A stretch of DNA of 64,000 bases from Dehalococcoidia bacterium. Lineage in GTDB: Bacteria; Chloroflexota; Dehalococcoidia; Bin125. The stretch is from positions 1-64,000 of the forward strand of contig CAXXNO010000009.1 of NCBI GenBank assembly GCA_963663235.2, read 5' to 3'. Below are positions 8,732 to 17,636 of this stretch, piece by piece; positions within the stretch are counted from its first letter, which is position 1; each line of letters begins with the position of its first letter. A model generated the notes under the pieces. That model saw only the letters and a list, made by a program, of their open reading frames with translations, had not been told where the DNA came from and made no database searches. The translations under genes and the position numbers were made by a program.

Positions 8732-8889
8732 AGCGTGGCGGTGGTGGGTGGATTCTGTCGCTCGGCGGCGCGTGGCTGCGCCTAGCCGTTAGTCGCCAGC
8801 GAGGCGGGAGGGGCGAGGCGGGAGGGCTCATGTCGGGAGGATGATACGGTGCGTGCGTCTCCAGGGTGCTGTGTGGATGGAGCGCCATT

Positions 8890-10161
8890 GTGACCGTTTA
8901 TATTCCCGTCCTCATCGTGTTGCTCTTGCTTTCCGCGTTCTTTTCCAGCGCGGAGACGGCGTATCTCTCCTTGCCGCGGGTCCGGCTGGAGCACTACGTG
9001 CGCCAACGGGTGAGCGGGGCAGGACGAGTCGCGCAGCTGCTGGAATCGCCGCGGCGGCTGCTGGCGGCGATCCTGCTGGGCAACAACCTGGTCAACACGG
9101 GAGCGGCGGCGGTGGGGACCGCGATCGCGGTCGAGATCGTCTCGGGAGGCGAAGGGGTGCTGGCGGCGACGCTGCTGGTCACGGCGCTGCTGGTGGTGTT
9201 CGGAGAGGTCGGCCCGAAGACGGTGGCGCTGCATCACCCGTTCGCCCTCAGCCGCGTGTACGCCCTGCCGCTGCGCTACTGGGAGCGCGCGGCGCAGCCG
9301 GTGGTCACGGCGCTGGACCTGCTGAGCCGTGGAGTGCTGTACGTCGCGGGGAGTCGCGGCGAGGCCACCTCCGTCGTCAGCCTGGGGGAGTTGCGCACCG
9401 CGATCGTGCTGGGGCGCGAGGCGGGCGCGCTGGAAGAAGAGGAATCGGAGATGCTGCTGGGGGCGTTGACGCTGCAGCAGCGTCAAGTGCGGCGGATCAT
9501 GACCCCTCGCGTCGCCATGGAGGTGGCGGAAGCGGACGAGCCGCTGCGCGTCGTATCGAAACGGCTGGCCGAAGTGGGCTTCCTGCGCCTCCCGGTCTAC
9601 GTCGGCAGCACCGACAACATCGTCGGCTACGTCCACATCAGCGACATCAACGCAGCCTACGCCAGCGGGCGGGCCGACCAGCCGGTGCGCACCGTGATGC
9701 GCGATGCCGCCTTCGAATCGGAGCGGGCGTCGATCGCGCGGGTACTGGAACGCATGCAGGAGAGCGGCACCCACCTGACGATCCTGGTGGACGAGTTCGG
9801 ATCGACCGCGGGGCTGGTCACGCTGGAGGACATCATGGAGGAGGTGGTGGGGGAGATCATGAGCGAGAGCGGGCGGGAGCAGCTGGGAGTCGACATCCGG
9901 GTTGGGGGGCGCCTCTACGTGGAGGGGCGGCGATCCCTGGCGGAGCTGGGCGACGACCTGGAGGCCGACCTCTCGCACCCGGGCGCGGAATCGGTCGGGG
10001 GGCTGGTGCTGGCCTATTTGCAGCACTTCCCGGCGCGAGGGGAAGAGGTGGAGCACGGGGGGTATCGCTTCAGCGTGATGGCGGCCGACGAGCGGCGGGT
10101 GAGCCTGGTGGCCGTGGAGAAGCTGCCGGAAGAGCCGCGGGAGGGAGGCGAGGGAGGCTAA
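8890..10161 (+). CDS. HlyC/CorC (CNNM) family Mg/Co transporter-like protein
   Basis: SAFFSSAETA, ILLGNNLVN, FGEVGPK, CBS pair (IMTPR, VDEFGSTAGLVTLEDIMEEVVGEI), CorC domain. Confidence 0.92.
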   Translation: MTVYIPVLIVLLLLSAFFSSAETAYLSLPRVRLEHYVRQRVSGAGRVAQLLESPRRLLAAILLGNNLVNTGAAAVGTAIAVEIVSGGEGVLAATLLVTALLVVFGEVGPKTVALHHPFALSRVYALPLRYWERAAQPVVTALDLLSRGVLYVAGSRGEATSVVSLGELRTAIVLGREAGALEEEESEMLLGALTLQQRQVRRIMTPRVAMEVAEADEPLRVVSKRLAEVGFLRLPVYVGSTDNIVGYVHISDINAAYASGRADQPVRTVMRDAAFESERASIARVLERMQESGTHLTILVDEFGSTAGLVTLEDIMEEVVGEIMSESGREQLGVDIRVGGRLYVEGRRSLAELGDDLEADLSHPGAESVGGLVLAYLQHFPARGEEVEHGGYRFSVMAADERRVSLVAVEKLPEEPREGGEGG

Positions 10162-10310
10162 CGTCTCTGGTCCCAACCGCCGATGGATCCATCGCCGATA
10201 TCCGCCACGCTGTGGCCATCGTGAGGCAGAAGGCGGACGACGCGGCGCGCGTCGCGCGCAGGGGGGGCGGACCTTCGCGGGACGCGTCTCCGTCGCCGGG
10301 CGGCAACCCT

Positions 10311-13300
10311 CTACGGGCAGCCCGCGCCCGTGTGGAATGTCCAGGCGAAATACACGGGCTGGGTCCCCGCGGGGATAGCGAAGCCGAAGAGGGAGACCGT
10401 CCACACGCCCGGCTGCAGCGGCCCCCGCACCGTGGCGCGTTCCCACACGGACGGCCCCGAGTCGGCGGTGCTCTGCGCCACGCCGCTGGGGTCAACGATC
10501 GAAAAATCCACGTCCGAATGCGCCAGGCCCGCATCCTCCGGCCACCAGATCGTCGCGTCGAAGTTGCACGCGTCCGTCGGCACCGCGACGGCCACATTCA
10601 CCCGCTGCGAGTCCACCAGCGGGTCGACGGTGCCCCAGCCCGCCCAGCCGTTCAGCGGCGCGACCGGCCGTCCGGCCCCCTGAAGATTCAGCGCCGCCTG
10701 TGCGCCCGTCCGACCGTTCCAGCCCGCCCCTTCCCAGGCGGTGTTGTTGGGCGCGGAGTTGAGCAGGTACGCGTACACGTGCCCCGCACAGACGCGCCGC
10801 GCTCCGGGCGCCGCCGACGTCAGAGCGCCCGACGGTGACGATGGGCCCTGCCGCGTGGGGCACCCGTTGAACAGCGGGGAGGGAACTGCGGCCTGCATCC
10901 AGTTGTGATAGAGCATCGCCAGCGCGGCGATGGTCGGAGCCGCGGCGCTGGTCCCGTTGAATCCCGGCCAAGCCCAGGTCGCGGCCGTGCCCCACGAACT
11001 CGCCGCCTCGATGTTCGTGTAGCCCAGGATGTCCGGTTTCAGCCGCAGATCGGGCGTGGGTCCGCGGCTGGAGTAGGCGCACAGCCCGCTCGGCGGCGCG
11101 TAGGAGCGGCCGTTGTCCGGGCAGTTGCCCAGCACGTTCCAGGCGCCCACCGCGATGACCTTGTGCGCCTCAGCCGGAGAGCCGACGCTACCGAAGGCCG
11201 GCTCCGCGCCGGGAATGGGGTGGTGACAGTCCCCGTCGCCGGCCGGTCCCGTGCCCAGCGGGTCCGGGCCGCCCTGCCCGTCCGTGTGGCACGCATCGTT
11301 CCCGCTCGACGCGATCACCACCGCGCCCACGTCGAAGGCGTTGTCCATCAAGGTCGCCGTGGCCGAGGCCGGGTTCTGCAAGAACGCCGTCCACGAGTTC
11401 GAGACCACGCTGTCGAAGCTGGCCACCGCTTTCTGCACGGCCCGGATGACGGCGGCGGTGCGAAATTGGCAGCCGCTATCGACGGCCTTCCAGCTGTCGG
11501 TGGTGATCGGCGTGATCCCGCGCAGCTCCGGCCCGCGGTTCGCGTTGCCGCTGATGATTCCTATCGCCGGCGTGCCGTGATTCGCGCAGTCCCCCGGGTT
11601 GTAGTTCGGCGTCCCCACCACGGTGCCGTTGGGCGCGCGGCCGCTGCCCCAGCAGTCCGCTCCCCCGTGCGCGCAGTCGCCTGTCCATCGATCGGGATAG
11701 TCTCTGAGCAGTCGATGCCCGGCTCGCATGCCAGTCCCGACCACACCGATGTAGCCGCCGTTCAACCCCAGCGCGGCATACGGATCGCTGTTGAACGCCG
11801 CCCGCACCAGGATCGGCTCGTCGCCCCGTCTGCCGTTTGGACCGTTGGGGCCCGCCCTCTGCCCGGGGACGATCTCCCCTTCGTTCAGTTGGATGAAGAG
11901 CACGCTTGGGTGCTGGGCGATCTCAGGCACCAAGCGCAGCGGCGCCTCCACCAGCGCCGCGTTGATGAGCCAGAAGGTTTCCAGCAACGTGATCTCCTGG
12001 CTGCCGAAACTGGCGAGGAACGCGTTCACGGATTCCTCTCGCGCTCCCGTGAGCTCGGCGACCAATCGCTCCACCTCCGCGAAGTCCGCCGGCCGCTGCC
12101 CGCTGTCTAGGGCGTCGCGTCGCGTGCCCATCGGCAGCGCCGGAAAGAGCGGCAGCAGCAGCGGATCCACGAGGTTAATCACGAGGGTCTCGGCGACGTT
12201 GCCCAATTGCTGGGGATCGTCCCCGATTCTCTCGCGCAGCAGGGGCGAGATCTTGGACGGCTCGGTGGCGGCGGCGGATGCGCCCTTGAAGCGCTCGGGC
12301 GTCACATCGTTCTCGACGCTCATGCTCAGAGGCCGGAAGTCTCCGGAGCGCGCTTTATCATCGATGCTCACCTGCACCCCCACGAGGCCCCCCCCGCCCT
12401 CCACGTCGGCCGCGCTCGCGGCCGTGTAGGCGGCGTCGCGGAACTGCGTCATCTGACCGAACCGTGACCACAATCGCACCCAGATTGGGCTGCCGTCGGT
12501 CGGGAGGCCGGCCACCGTCGCGAATTGGATGAGACCCTGTGAGCCGGAGAAGAGGTCGGTGGCTCCCTCCGACGTGCCCACATGCAGCGAGAACTGGTCC
12601 ACGCCGATACCGGCGCTCCACGTGAACGTGACCCTTGCGCCGGGCAGCGTGGAACCGGGCTCGGGGCTTGTGATCTCGGCCGGGATCGCCACCACAGGGC
12701 CGCCCGCTGCCGTATAGATGAAGTCGCGGAACTCCTATCGCGCGCCGAAGAAGGTAAACAGGCGCACGAACACTGGGCCGCCGGTGGTGGGGAGGCCGCC
12801 CACACTCGCGGCCAGGCTGAGACTCTGCGAGGCGGAGAAGATCTCGTCGCCGCCGGGCGACGTCCCCACACGGAGCAAGTACCCGTTGGCGCCGCTGCCG
12901 GCGCTCCACGTAAACGTCACGGTGCCACTGGTCAGCGTGGAGCCCGGCTCGGGGCTCGTGATCTCCGCCTGGCTTTGCTCGGCCGTGGGAATCCTTACGG
13001 TGTAGGCGGCGTCGCGGAACTCCCACTCCTCCCCGAACCGGGACCATACGCGCGCCCACACGGGACTGCCGTCCGTAGGCAGGCCCCTTAGGTGGAGGAC
13101 GCGGTTGAGACCCTGCGAGGCGGAGAAAATGTCGTTGCTCGCCTGCGACGTGCCGATATCGAGCCAGTATTCGTCGACGCCGCTGCCCGCGCTCCAGCTC
13201 AACCGAATCGAGCCGCTGGTCAGCGTCGAGTCCGGTGGCGGGGCCGTGATCTCCGCGGCGACCCGCTCCTGCGCCGCGGCGGGCGGGGGCGGCGTCCCGC

Positions 13301-13397
13301 TCAGCCCCGCCGCGACGGCGAGGCCAGCGACGATGATCGCGAAGAGCACGGATCGACGCAGACCCGGCCAGGGACGAAGCACCACGACGCCTCGCAT
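10311..13397 (-). pseudogene. Secreted S8 (subtilisin-like) peptidase with three N-terminal ~95-aa repeats, interrupted by an in-frame TAG at 12735..12737
   Basis: ORFs 12735..13397 and 10311..12695 are in the same frame; signal peptide; repeats AEIT(S/A)P.P.STL...GLPT.G.P; NHGT, ASSGND, YSSRGPT, KPDI, GTSAAAP. Confidence 0.8.
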
Positions 13398-13564
13398 TCA
13401 GTAGGCTGCGCGAGCCTACGCGCGGCCTATCAAGGGGTCAATCGACTCGGTCCCTGATGTGCAATGCTCTTCGAAACACCAGAGGGAAGACGCGGACGAC
13501 GCCGGGACACTGCTGGACGTGCCGTGATGGGCGGCAGCCGACGTCACCCTCGTGTCATCCCACC

Positions 13565-13645
13565 CTGGTCACTGGGGGGACAGCATGGAGGAGGAGGTGG
13601 GGGGGGAGATCATGAGCGAGAGCGGACGGGAGCAGCTGAGGGTCG
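13565..13645 (+). repeat. Degenerate copy of an internal segment of the hlyC/corC gene (9814..9892)
   Basis: catggaggagg..gggagatcatgagcgagagcgg(a/g)cgggagcagctg shared between the two sites. Confidence 0.85.
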
Positions 13646-13738
13646 TTTGCCCACGCGGCGGCCGGTTGCGATAATCGGAGGGGGCTGGACTCGCTGTTCC
13701 CGCGTGTACGGGGCGGCGCGCCCACTCCGACGGTGGAC

Positions 13739-13827
13739 GCCGAAGTGGCGGAACTGGTAGACGCGACAGTCTCAAACACTGTTGGGGGGAAATCCCCGTG
13801 CCGGTTCGAGTCCGGCCTTCGGCACCA
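13739..13827 (+). tRNA. tRNA-Leu(CAA)
   Basis: GCCGAAG stem, ACAGT-CT-CAA-AC-ACTGT, long variable arm, CCA end. Confidence 0.96.
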
Positions 13828-13854
13828 GAGTCGATCCCGACAGGACAGAAGCGT

Positions 13855-13928
13855 TGCCGAGTAGTGTAACGGTAGCACGCGGGACTTTGAATCCCCCAGT
13901 TCAGGTTCGAACCCTGGCTCGGCAGCCA
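13855..13928 (+). tRNA. tRNA-Gln(TTG)
   Basis: TGCCGAG/CTCGGCA stem, GGGA-CT-TTG-AA-TCCC, GTTCGAAC, CCA end. Confidence 0.94.
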
Positions 13929-13943
13929 CGCTGTCCTGGACTC

Positions 13944-14019
13944 TCCCCGGTAGCTCAATTGGTAGAGCGGGCGGCTGTTAACCGCTAGGTTGTAGGTTCG
14001 AGTCCTGCCCGGGGAGCCA
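13944..14019 (+). tRNA. tRNA-Asn(GTT)
   Basis: TCCCCGG stem, GCGG-CT-GTT-AA-CCGC, GTTCGAGTC, CCA end. Confidence 0.96.
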
Positions 14020-14027
14020 ACATTCGG

Positions 14028-14123
14028 CGGCCAGAGAGGGAGCGTTAGAGCGGGTCCTTCCGCGGCTGCGCCGGGGAAGGACTCAGCGCTCGGTTGTCGG
14101 TGCGAGTCCTGCCCGGGGAGCCA
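14028..14123 (+). repeat. tRNA-Asn-derived repeat unit 1 (hairpin replaces anticodon arm)
   Basis: tagagcggg-tccttccgcggctgcgccggggaagga-...-gagtcctgcccggggagcca. Confidence 0.9.
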
Positions 14124-14130
14124 CCATGCG

Positions 14131-14226
14131 CCGGCCCGAGGGGGAGTGGTAGAGCGGGTCCTTCCGCGGCTGCGCCGGGAAGGATTCACCGCGCGGTTGT
14201 CGGTTCGAGTCCTGCCCGGGGAGCCA
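14131..14226 (+). repeat. tRNA-Asn-derived repeat unit 2
   Basis: ggtagagcggg-tccttccgcggctgcgccgggaagga-ttcaccgc-..-ggttcgagtcctgcccggggagcca. Confidence 0.9.
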
Positions 14227-14244
14227 AGATTCGCTGGTACACGC

Positions 14245-14499
14245 ATATTCTGGGTCTATGTCCTCCGGAACCCAGAGGGGCAGCTCTACATCGGCCATAC
14301 CGCCGACTTGGAACGCCGCGTGCAGCAGCACCGGGATGGGGCGGCTCGCTGGACGCGCCACCGCGGGCCGTGGGAGTTGGTCCATCACGAGCAGTACGCA
14401 ACGCGCGCGGCTGCCATGCGACGCGAGCGCGCGTTGAAGCGGGGGCGCGCGAACACGTGGCTTCGCGCGCGATACGGCCGGCCAGAGGGGAAGCGGTAG
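14245..14499 (+). CDS. Small stand-alone GIY-YIG nuclease; the expected start codon reads ATA
   Basis: FWVYVLRN...LYIGHTADLERRVQQH..G.ARWT..RGPWELVHHE...AMRRERALK; its TAG stop lies inside repeat unit 3. Confidence 0.88.
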   Translation: MFWVYVLRNPEGQLYIGHTADLERRVQQHRDGAARWTRHRGPWELVHHEQYATRAAAMRRERALKRGRANTWLRARYGRPEGKR

Positions 14500-14573
14500 A
14501 GCGGGTCCTTCCGCGGCTGCGCCGGGAAGGATTCACCGCTCGGTTGTCGGTGCGTGTCCTGCCCGGGGAGCCA
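14478..14573 (+). repeat. tRNA-Asn-derived repeat unit 3
   Basis: ggtagagcggg-tccttccgcggctgcgccgggaagga-ttcaccgctcggttgtcgg..gtcctgcccggggagcca. Confidence 0.9.
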
Positions 14574-14700
14574 CACTACAAAATCGGCCCTGGAACCGCT
14601 CCTCGCGGTCGGCGAGGAAGAGGTCGCGGTACGCGCGCTTAGGGCGGATCGCGGTCACGTACCGATCCCGCACGGTCACCCGGTCGAAGACGGCAAGGGC
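14533..14700 (-). pseudogene. Possible C-terminal remnant of a large serine recombinase reading into the tRNA-like att sequence
   Basis: AVFDRVTVRDRYVTAIRPKRAYRDLF...VAPRAG resembles recombinase C-termini that overlap tRNA att sites; no catalytic domain present. Confidence 0.4.
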
Positions 14701-14802
14701 CGACGCGCCGTCCAGGTGAGGCGGCCGGAATGGCAGCATCTACCATGCGTGGACGCGATCATCGCGGACGCGACCAAAGCGTGAGAACGGAAAGCGACGA
14801 CG

Positions 14803-15873
14803 GTGGGAATCGGCGCGGCCCTCGGTACGGCCACCGCGTGGGCGGTGGCCGTCACCTTCATGGCATCGCAGACGGTGCGCGTCGACACGCTCACGCTGAC
14901 CTTCATCCAGGTGATCTGGGGGGGCGCGTTCTACGTGGCGGTCCTGTTCGCGCTGGGCGGGCTGGACGACCTCACCGCGATGAGCTTCGACGCCATGTGG
15001 CAACTGGCGGGGGCGGGATTCCTGGCCACCGGGAGCACCCAGACTCTCTACGCGGCCGCTATCGCCCTGCTCGGGCTGGCGCGGCCGTTCGCCATCATCA
15101 CGGGCCTGAGCGTCCTGCTGACCTTCATCTTCGCGGCGATCCTCCTGGGCGAAGCCGTCACGTTGCGAGCCGGGGTGGGGGCGGCGCTGGTGCTCATTGG
15201 GGTCTACCTCGTCGCCCTGTACGGCCGACCGCGCGCCGACGCCGCGGCCGCCGCATCGGAGCCACGCTCCGCTCGCCCGCCCGGCGGCGGGAGTGCCGAC
15301 TTGCGGGAATCCGCGACGGCCGCTCCGGCCTACGACCAGGGGCAGGCGCGGGACGTGCTCCCGACTCTCTTCCTCGGCTCCTCGCGCGCGGTGGGGAGGT
15401 CCGCGGTGGCGACGCTGCCGGTGATCGTGCGTTGGGCGTTTGCGCATCGCTTGGCGGTCGGCGTCGCGCTGGCGGTGGCGGCCAGCGCCAGCGCGGCGGC
15501 CTCAGTGGTGTGGCTGCGCGCCGTCGCCGTGGACGTCAACCCCTCCGCCGTCGCCATCGTGCGGATGCCGCTCATCCTGGTCGTGCTCGGCGCGGGGGCA
15601 TGGCTGTGGCCGAACTCCCGCCTGCGCGCGCGCGACGTGGACCGGCGGACCATGAGCGCCATGGCGGTCTATGGCATTCTGGGAACCGGCGTCTCCAGCA
15701 TGCTGATGATCGTCGCCATCCAGGAGATCGGCGCGGGCCAAGCGATCGCCGTGTTCTCCGTCTCCCCGCTCATCGGACTGCCGCTGGCGGTGCTCTTCCT
15801 GCGCGAACAGATCACGCGCTGGGCGGTCGTCGGGACGATCATCGCAGTGGTGGGAGTCGCGGCCCTCGCCTGA
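14803..15873 (+). CDS. DMT/EamA family transporter
   Basis: Two 5-TM halves, AILLGE and LFLREQIT motifs. Confidence 0.88.
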   Translation: MGIGAALGTATAWAVAVTFMASQTVRVDTLTLTFIQVIWGGAFYVAVLFALGGLDDLTAMSFDAMWQLAGAGFLATGSTQTLYAAAIALLGLARPFAIITGLSVLLTFIFAAILLGEAVTLRAGVGAALVLIGVYLVALYGRPRADAAAAASEPRSARPPGGGSADLRESATAAPAYDQGQARDVLPTLFLGSSRAVGRSAVATLPVIVRWAFAHRLAVGVALAVAASASAAASVVWLRAVAVDVNPSAVAIVRMPLILVVLGAGAWLWPNSRLRARDVDRRTMSAMAVYGILGTGVSSMLMIVAIQEIGAGQAIAVFSVSPLIGLPLAVLFLREQITRWAVVGTIIAVVGVAALA

Positions 15874-16048
15874 AGCGCGGGCCGAGCAGCGCGCACGATC
15901 GCGAGATGGTGGGAGCCGCCAGTACGGCATGACGGCCGGCTGCCGGCGCGCGATGACAGGCCGGCCGCGTGCGCGTAGTCTTTCCCGCACGGCCGCCAGC
16001 CGCCAGCGGAGCGGGCGGGTCGTCCCGACCCTGGAAGGGAGCGGAGCG

Positions 16049-17083
16049 ATGGAGTTCGGCTTCTACGCGGATACGCATGGTTTGCACTACCTGGAAGGTC
16101 AGGACCACCGCATGCACGACGTGCCGGCGCAGCAGATGCGCACCGTGGAGGTGGCGCAACTGGGCGAGCGGCTGGGCTACCACTCCATCTGGTTCGCCGA
16201 CCATCTCTGCATGCCGATCGCCTCGACCAGCAAGCACAAGGCGAACGTCACCGGAAAGCGAGCCTACCAATCCCACCACGACATGCTCGACGCCGCGGTG
16301 ACGATGGGCGCCGTGGCCGCCCAGACCAGCCGGCTGAAGCTGGCCTCCTCGGTGCTGATCGCACCGTTCCGCGGCCCCCTGAACGATGCGCGGCAGTTCG
16401 CCACGATCGATGTGCTCTCCGGCGGCCGCTTGATCCTGGGAGTCGGAGGCGGCTGGCAGCGAGAGGAGTACGACGCCATCCAGCTGCCGTACGAAAAGCG
16501 CGGCGAGATCACCGAGGAGTGCATCGAGATCTATAAGCGTGCATGGATGGACGACGTCGTTGAGTTCCACGGCCGCTACTATGACTTCGCCAACCTCTCC
16601 ATGGACCCGAAGCCGCTGCAGAAGCCGCATCCACCGATTTTCTTCGGCAGCGTTGTGCCCGCCGGGGTGCGTCGCGCCGCCCGCCACTGCGACGGGCTCT
16701 ACACGATGTTCGTCGACGCCGTCACCGTCGCGGAGCCGGATCGCTACAGCGATCTGCAAGAGCAAACGCGCCGGGAGCTGAAGGAGTTCGGCCGGGAGCC
16801 GCATGACTTCGCCATGCTGGCTACCGTGACCATCCACGTCACCGGGCCCGACGACCCGCTTGCGCAACGGGCCGACCGAACGGTCTGCACCGGCACAGCG
16901 GGGCAGGTCCTCTCGGACCTCGAACGGTTCGCCGAGGCGGGCTACTCCCACATCGTCTGCTGCTTTGAAATCCCCTCGCATCAGATGGACGAGTACCAGG
17001 AGCAAGTGGAGCGCTTCGGCCGGGATGTCCTCCCGGCCGCTCGGGCGATGGAGCCCAAGGGTGGCTGGAACGCCAACTTCTGA
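16049..17083 (+). CDS. LLM-class (probably F420-dependent) oxidoreductase
   Basis: GYHSIWFADH, ATIDVLSGGRLILGVGGGW, PKPLQKPHPPI. Confidence 0.9.
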   Translation: MEFGFYADTHGLHYLEGQDHRMHDVPAQQMRTVEVAQLGERLGYHSIWFADHLCMPIASTSKHKANVTGKRAYQSHHDMLDAAVTMGAVAAQTSRLKLASSVLIAPFRGPLNDARQFATIDVLSGGRLILGVGGGWQREEYDAIQLPYEKRGEITEECIEIYKRAWMDDVVEFHGRYYDFANLSMDPKPLQKPHPPIFFGSVVPAGVRRAARHCDGLYTMFVDAVTVAEPDRYSDLQEQTRRELKEFGREPHDFAMLATVTIHVTGPDDPLAQRADRTVCTGTAGQVLSDLERFAEAGYSHIVCCFEIPSHQMDEYQEQVERFGRDVLPAARAMEPKGGWNANF

Positions 17084-17103
17084 CCCCACGAGCCGAGAAG
17101 CCG

Positions 17104-17586
17104 CTACGCGCGGGGAAACCGTTCCTTCACCCAGCCCGACTCATACGGAGTGCGGAACGCCACGGTGCAGGCGATGTGCTGGATGAGCCAGCGGCCCGCG
17201 ACCTTGCGGAAGCGGTCGTCGTACGTGCCGGCGAGCAGGATCGCCCGTCCCTCCACGGTCAACGTCTCCCAGGTGTACCAGCGGCCCGTGGCCTCCGTCC
17301 CGGACGCCCCGATATCGATCGCCCCGCCCACCGTGTAGTGAAGAGCGAAAGTGGCGCGGGTCGCTGCCGTGCGGAAGAATTCGCGGACCGACGCCTTGCC
17401 CTCGAAGCGCCCGAACACGTTGTTCTCCCAGACGGCATCGTCCGTGAAGAGATCCAGAAAGGCGGCGGCGGGGAACTCCACTTCGCCGCGAAGGCCCGCG
17501 TCCAGGCGCTGGGCGTACTCCTGTTTGAGCCGTTCGATGGCCGTCCCATCCTCTAGCCGCCGGATTCGCTCCTCCAGCGTCGGCAA
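17104..17586 (-). CDS. NTF2/SnoaL-like domain protein
   Basis: LEERIRRLED..AIERLKQEYA, LFTDDAVW, GTYDDRFRKVAGRWLI; TTG start behind GGAGGG. Confidence 0.85.
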   Translation of the reverse strand: MPTLEERIRRLEDGTAIERLKQEYAQRLDAGLRGEVEFPAAAFLDLFTDDAVWENNVFGRFEGKASVREFFRTAATRATFALHYTVGGAIDIGASGTEATGRWYTWETLTVEGRAILLAGTYDDRFRKVAGRWLIQHIACTVAFRTPYESGWVKERFPRA

Positions 17587-17636
17587 GGCTGTCCCCTCCC
17601 CGTCGTTCTGCTTCACTCGCGAAGGCGCACGCCCGC

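Noticed and set aside
8841-10838. 665-aa alternative-frame ORF
   Set aside because: Arg/Gly/Ala-rich off-frame translation overlapping hlyC/corC.
13855-13928. C:C mismatch at the top of the tRNA-Gln anticodon stem
   Set aside because: Mismatches at 27:43 are tolerated and the rest of the cloverleaf is intact.
14028-14573. CRISPR array or extra functional tRNAs
   Set aside because: The units are ~96 bp with irregular gaps, there are no cas genes, and the units lack the 5' acceptor strand and an anticodon loop.
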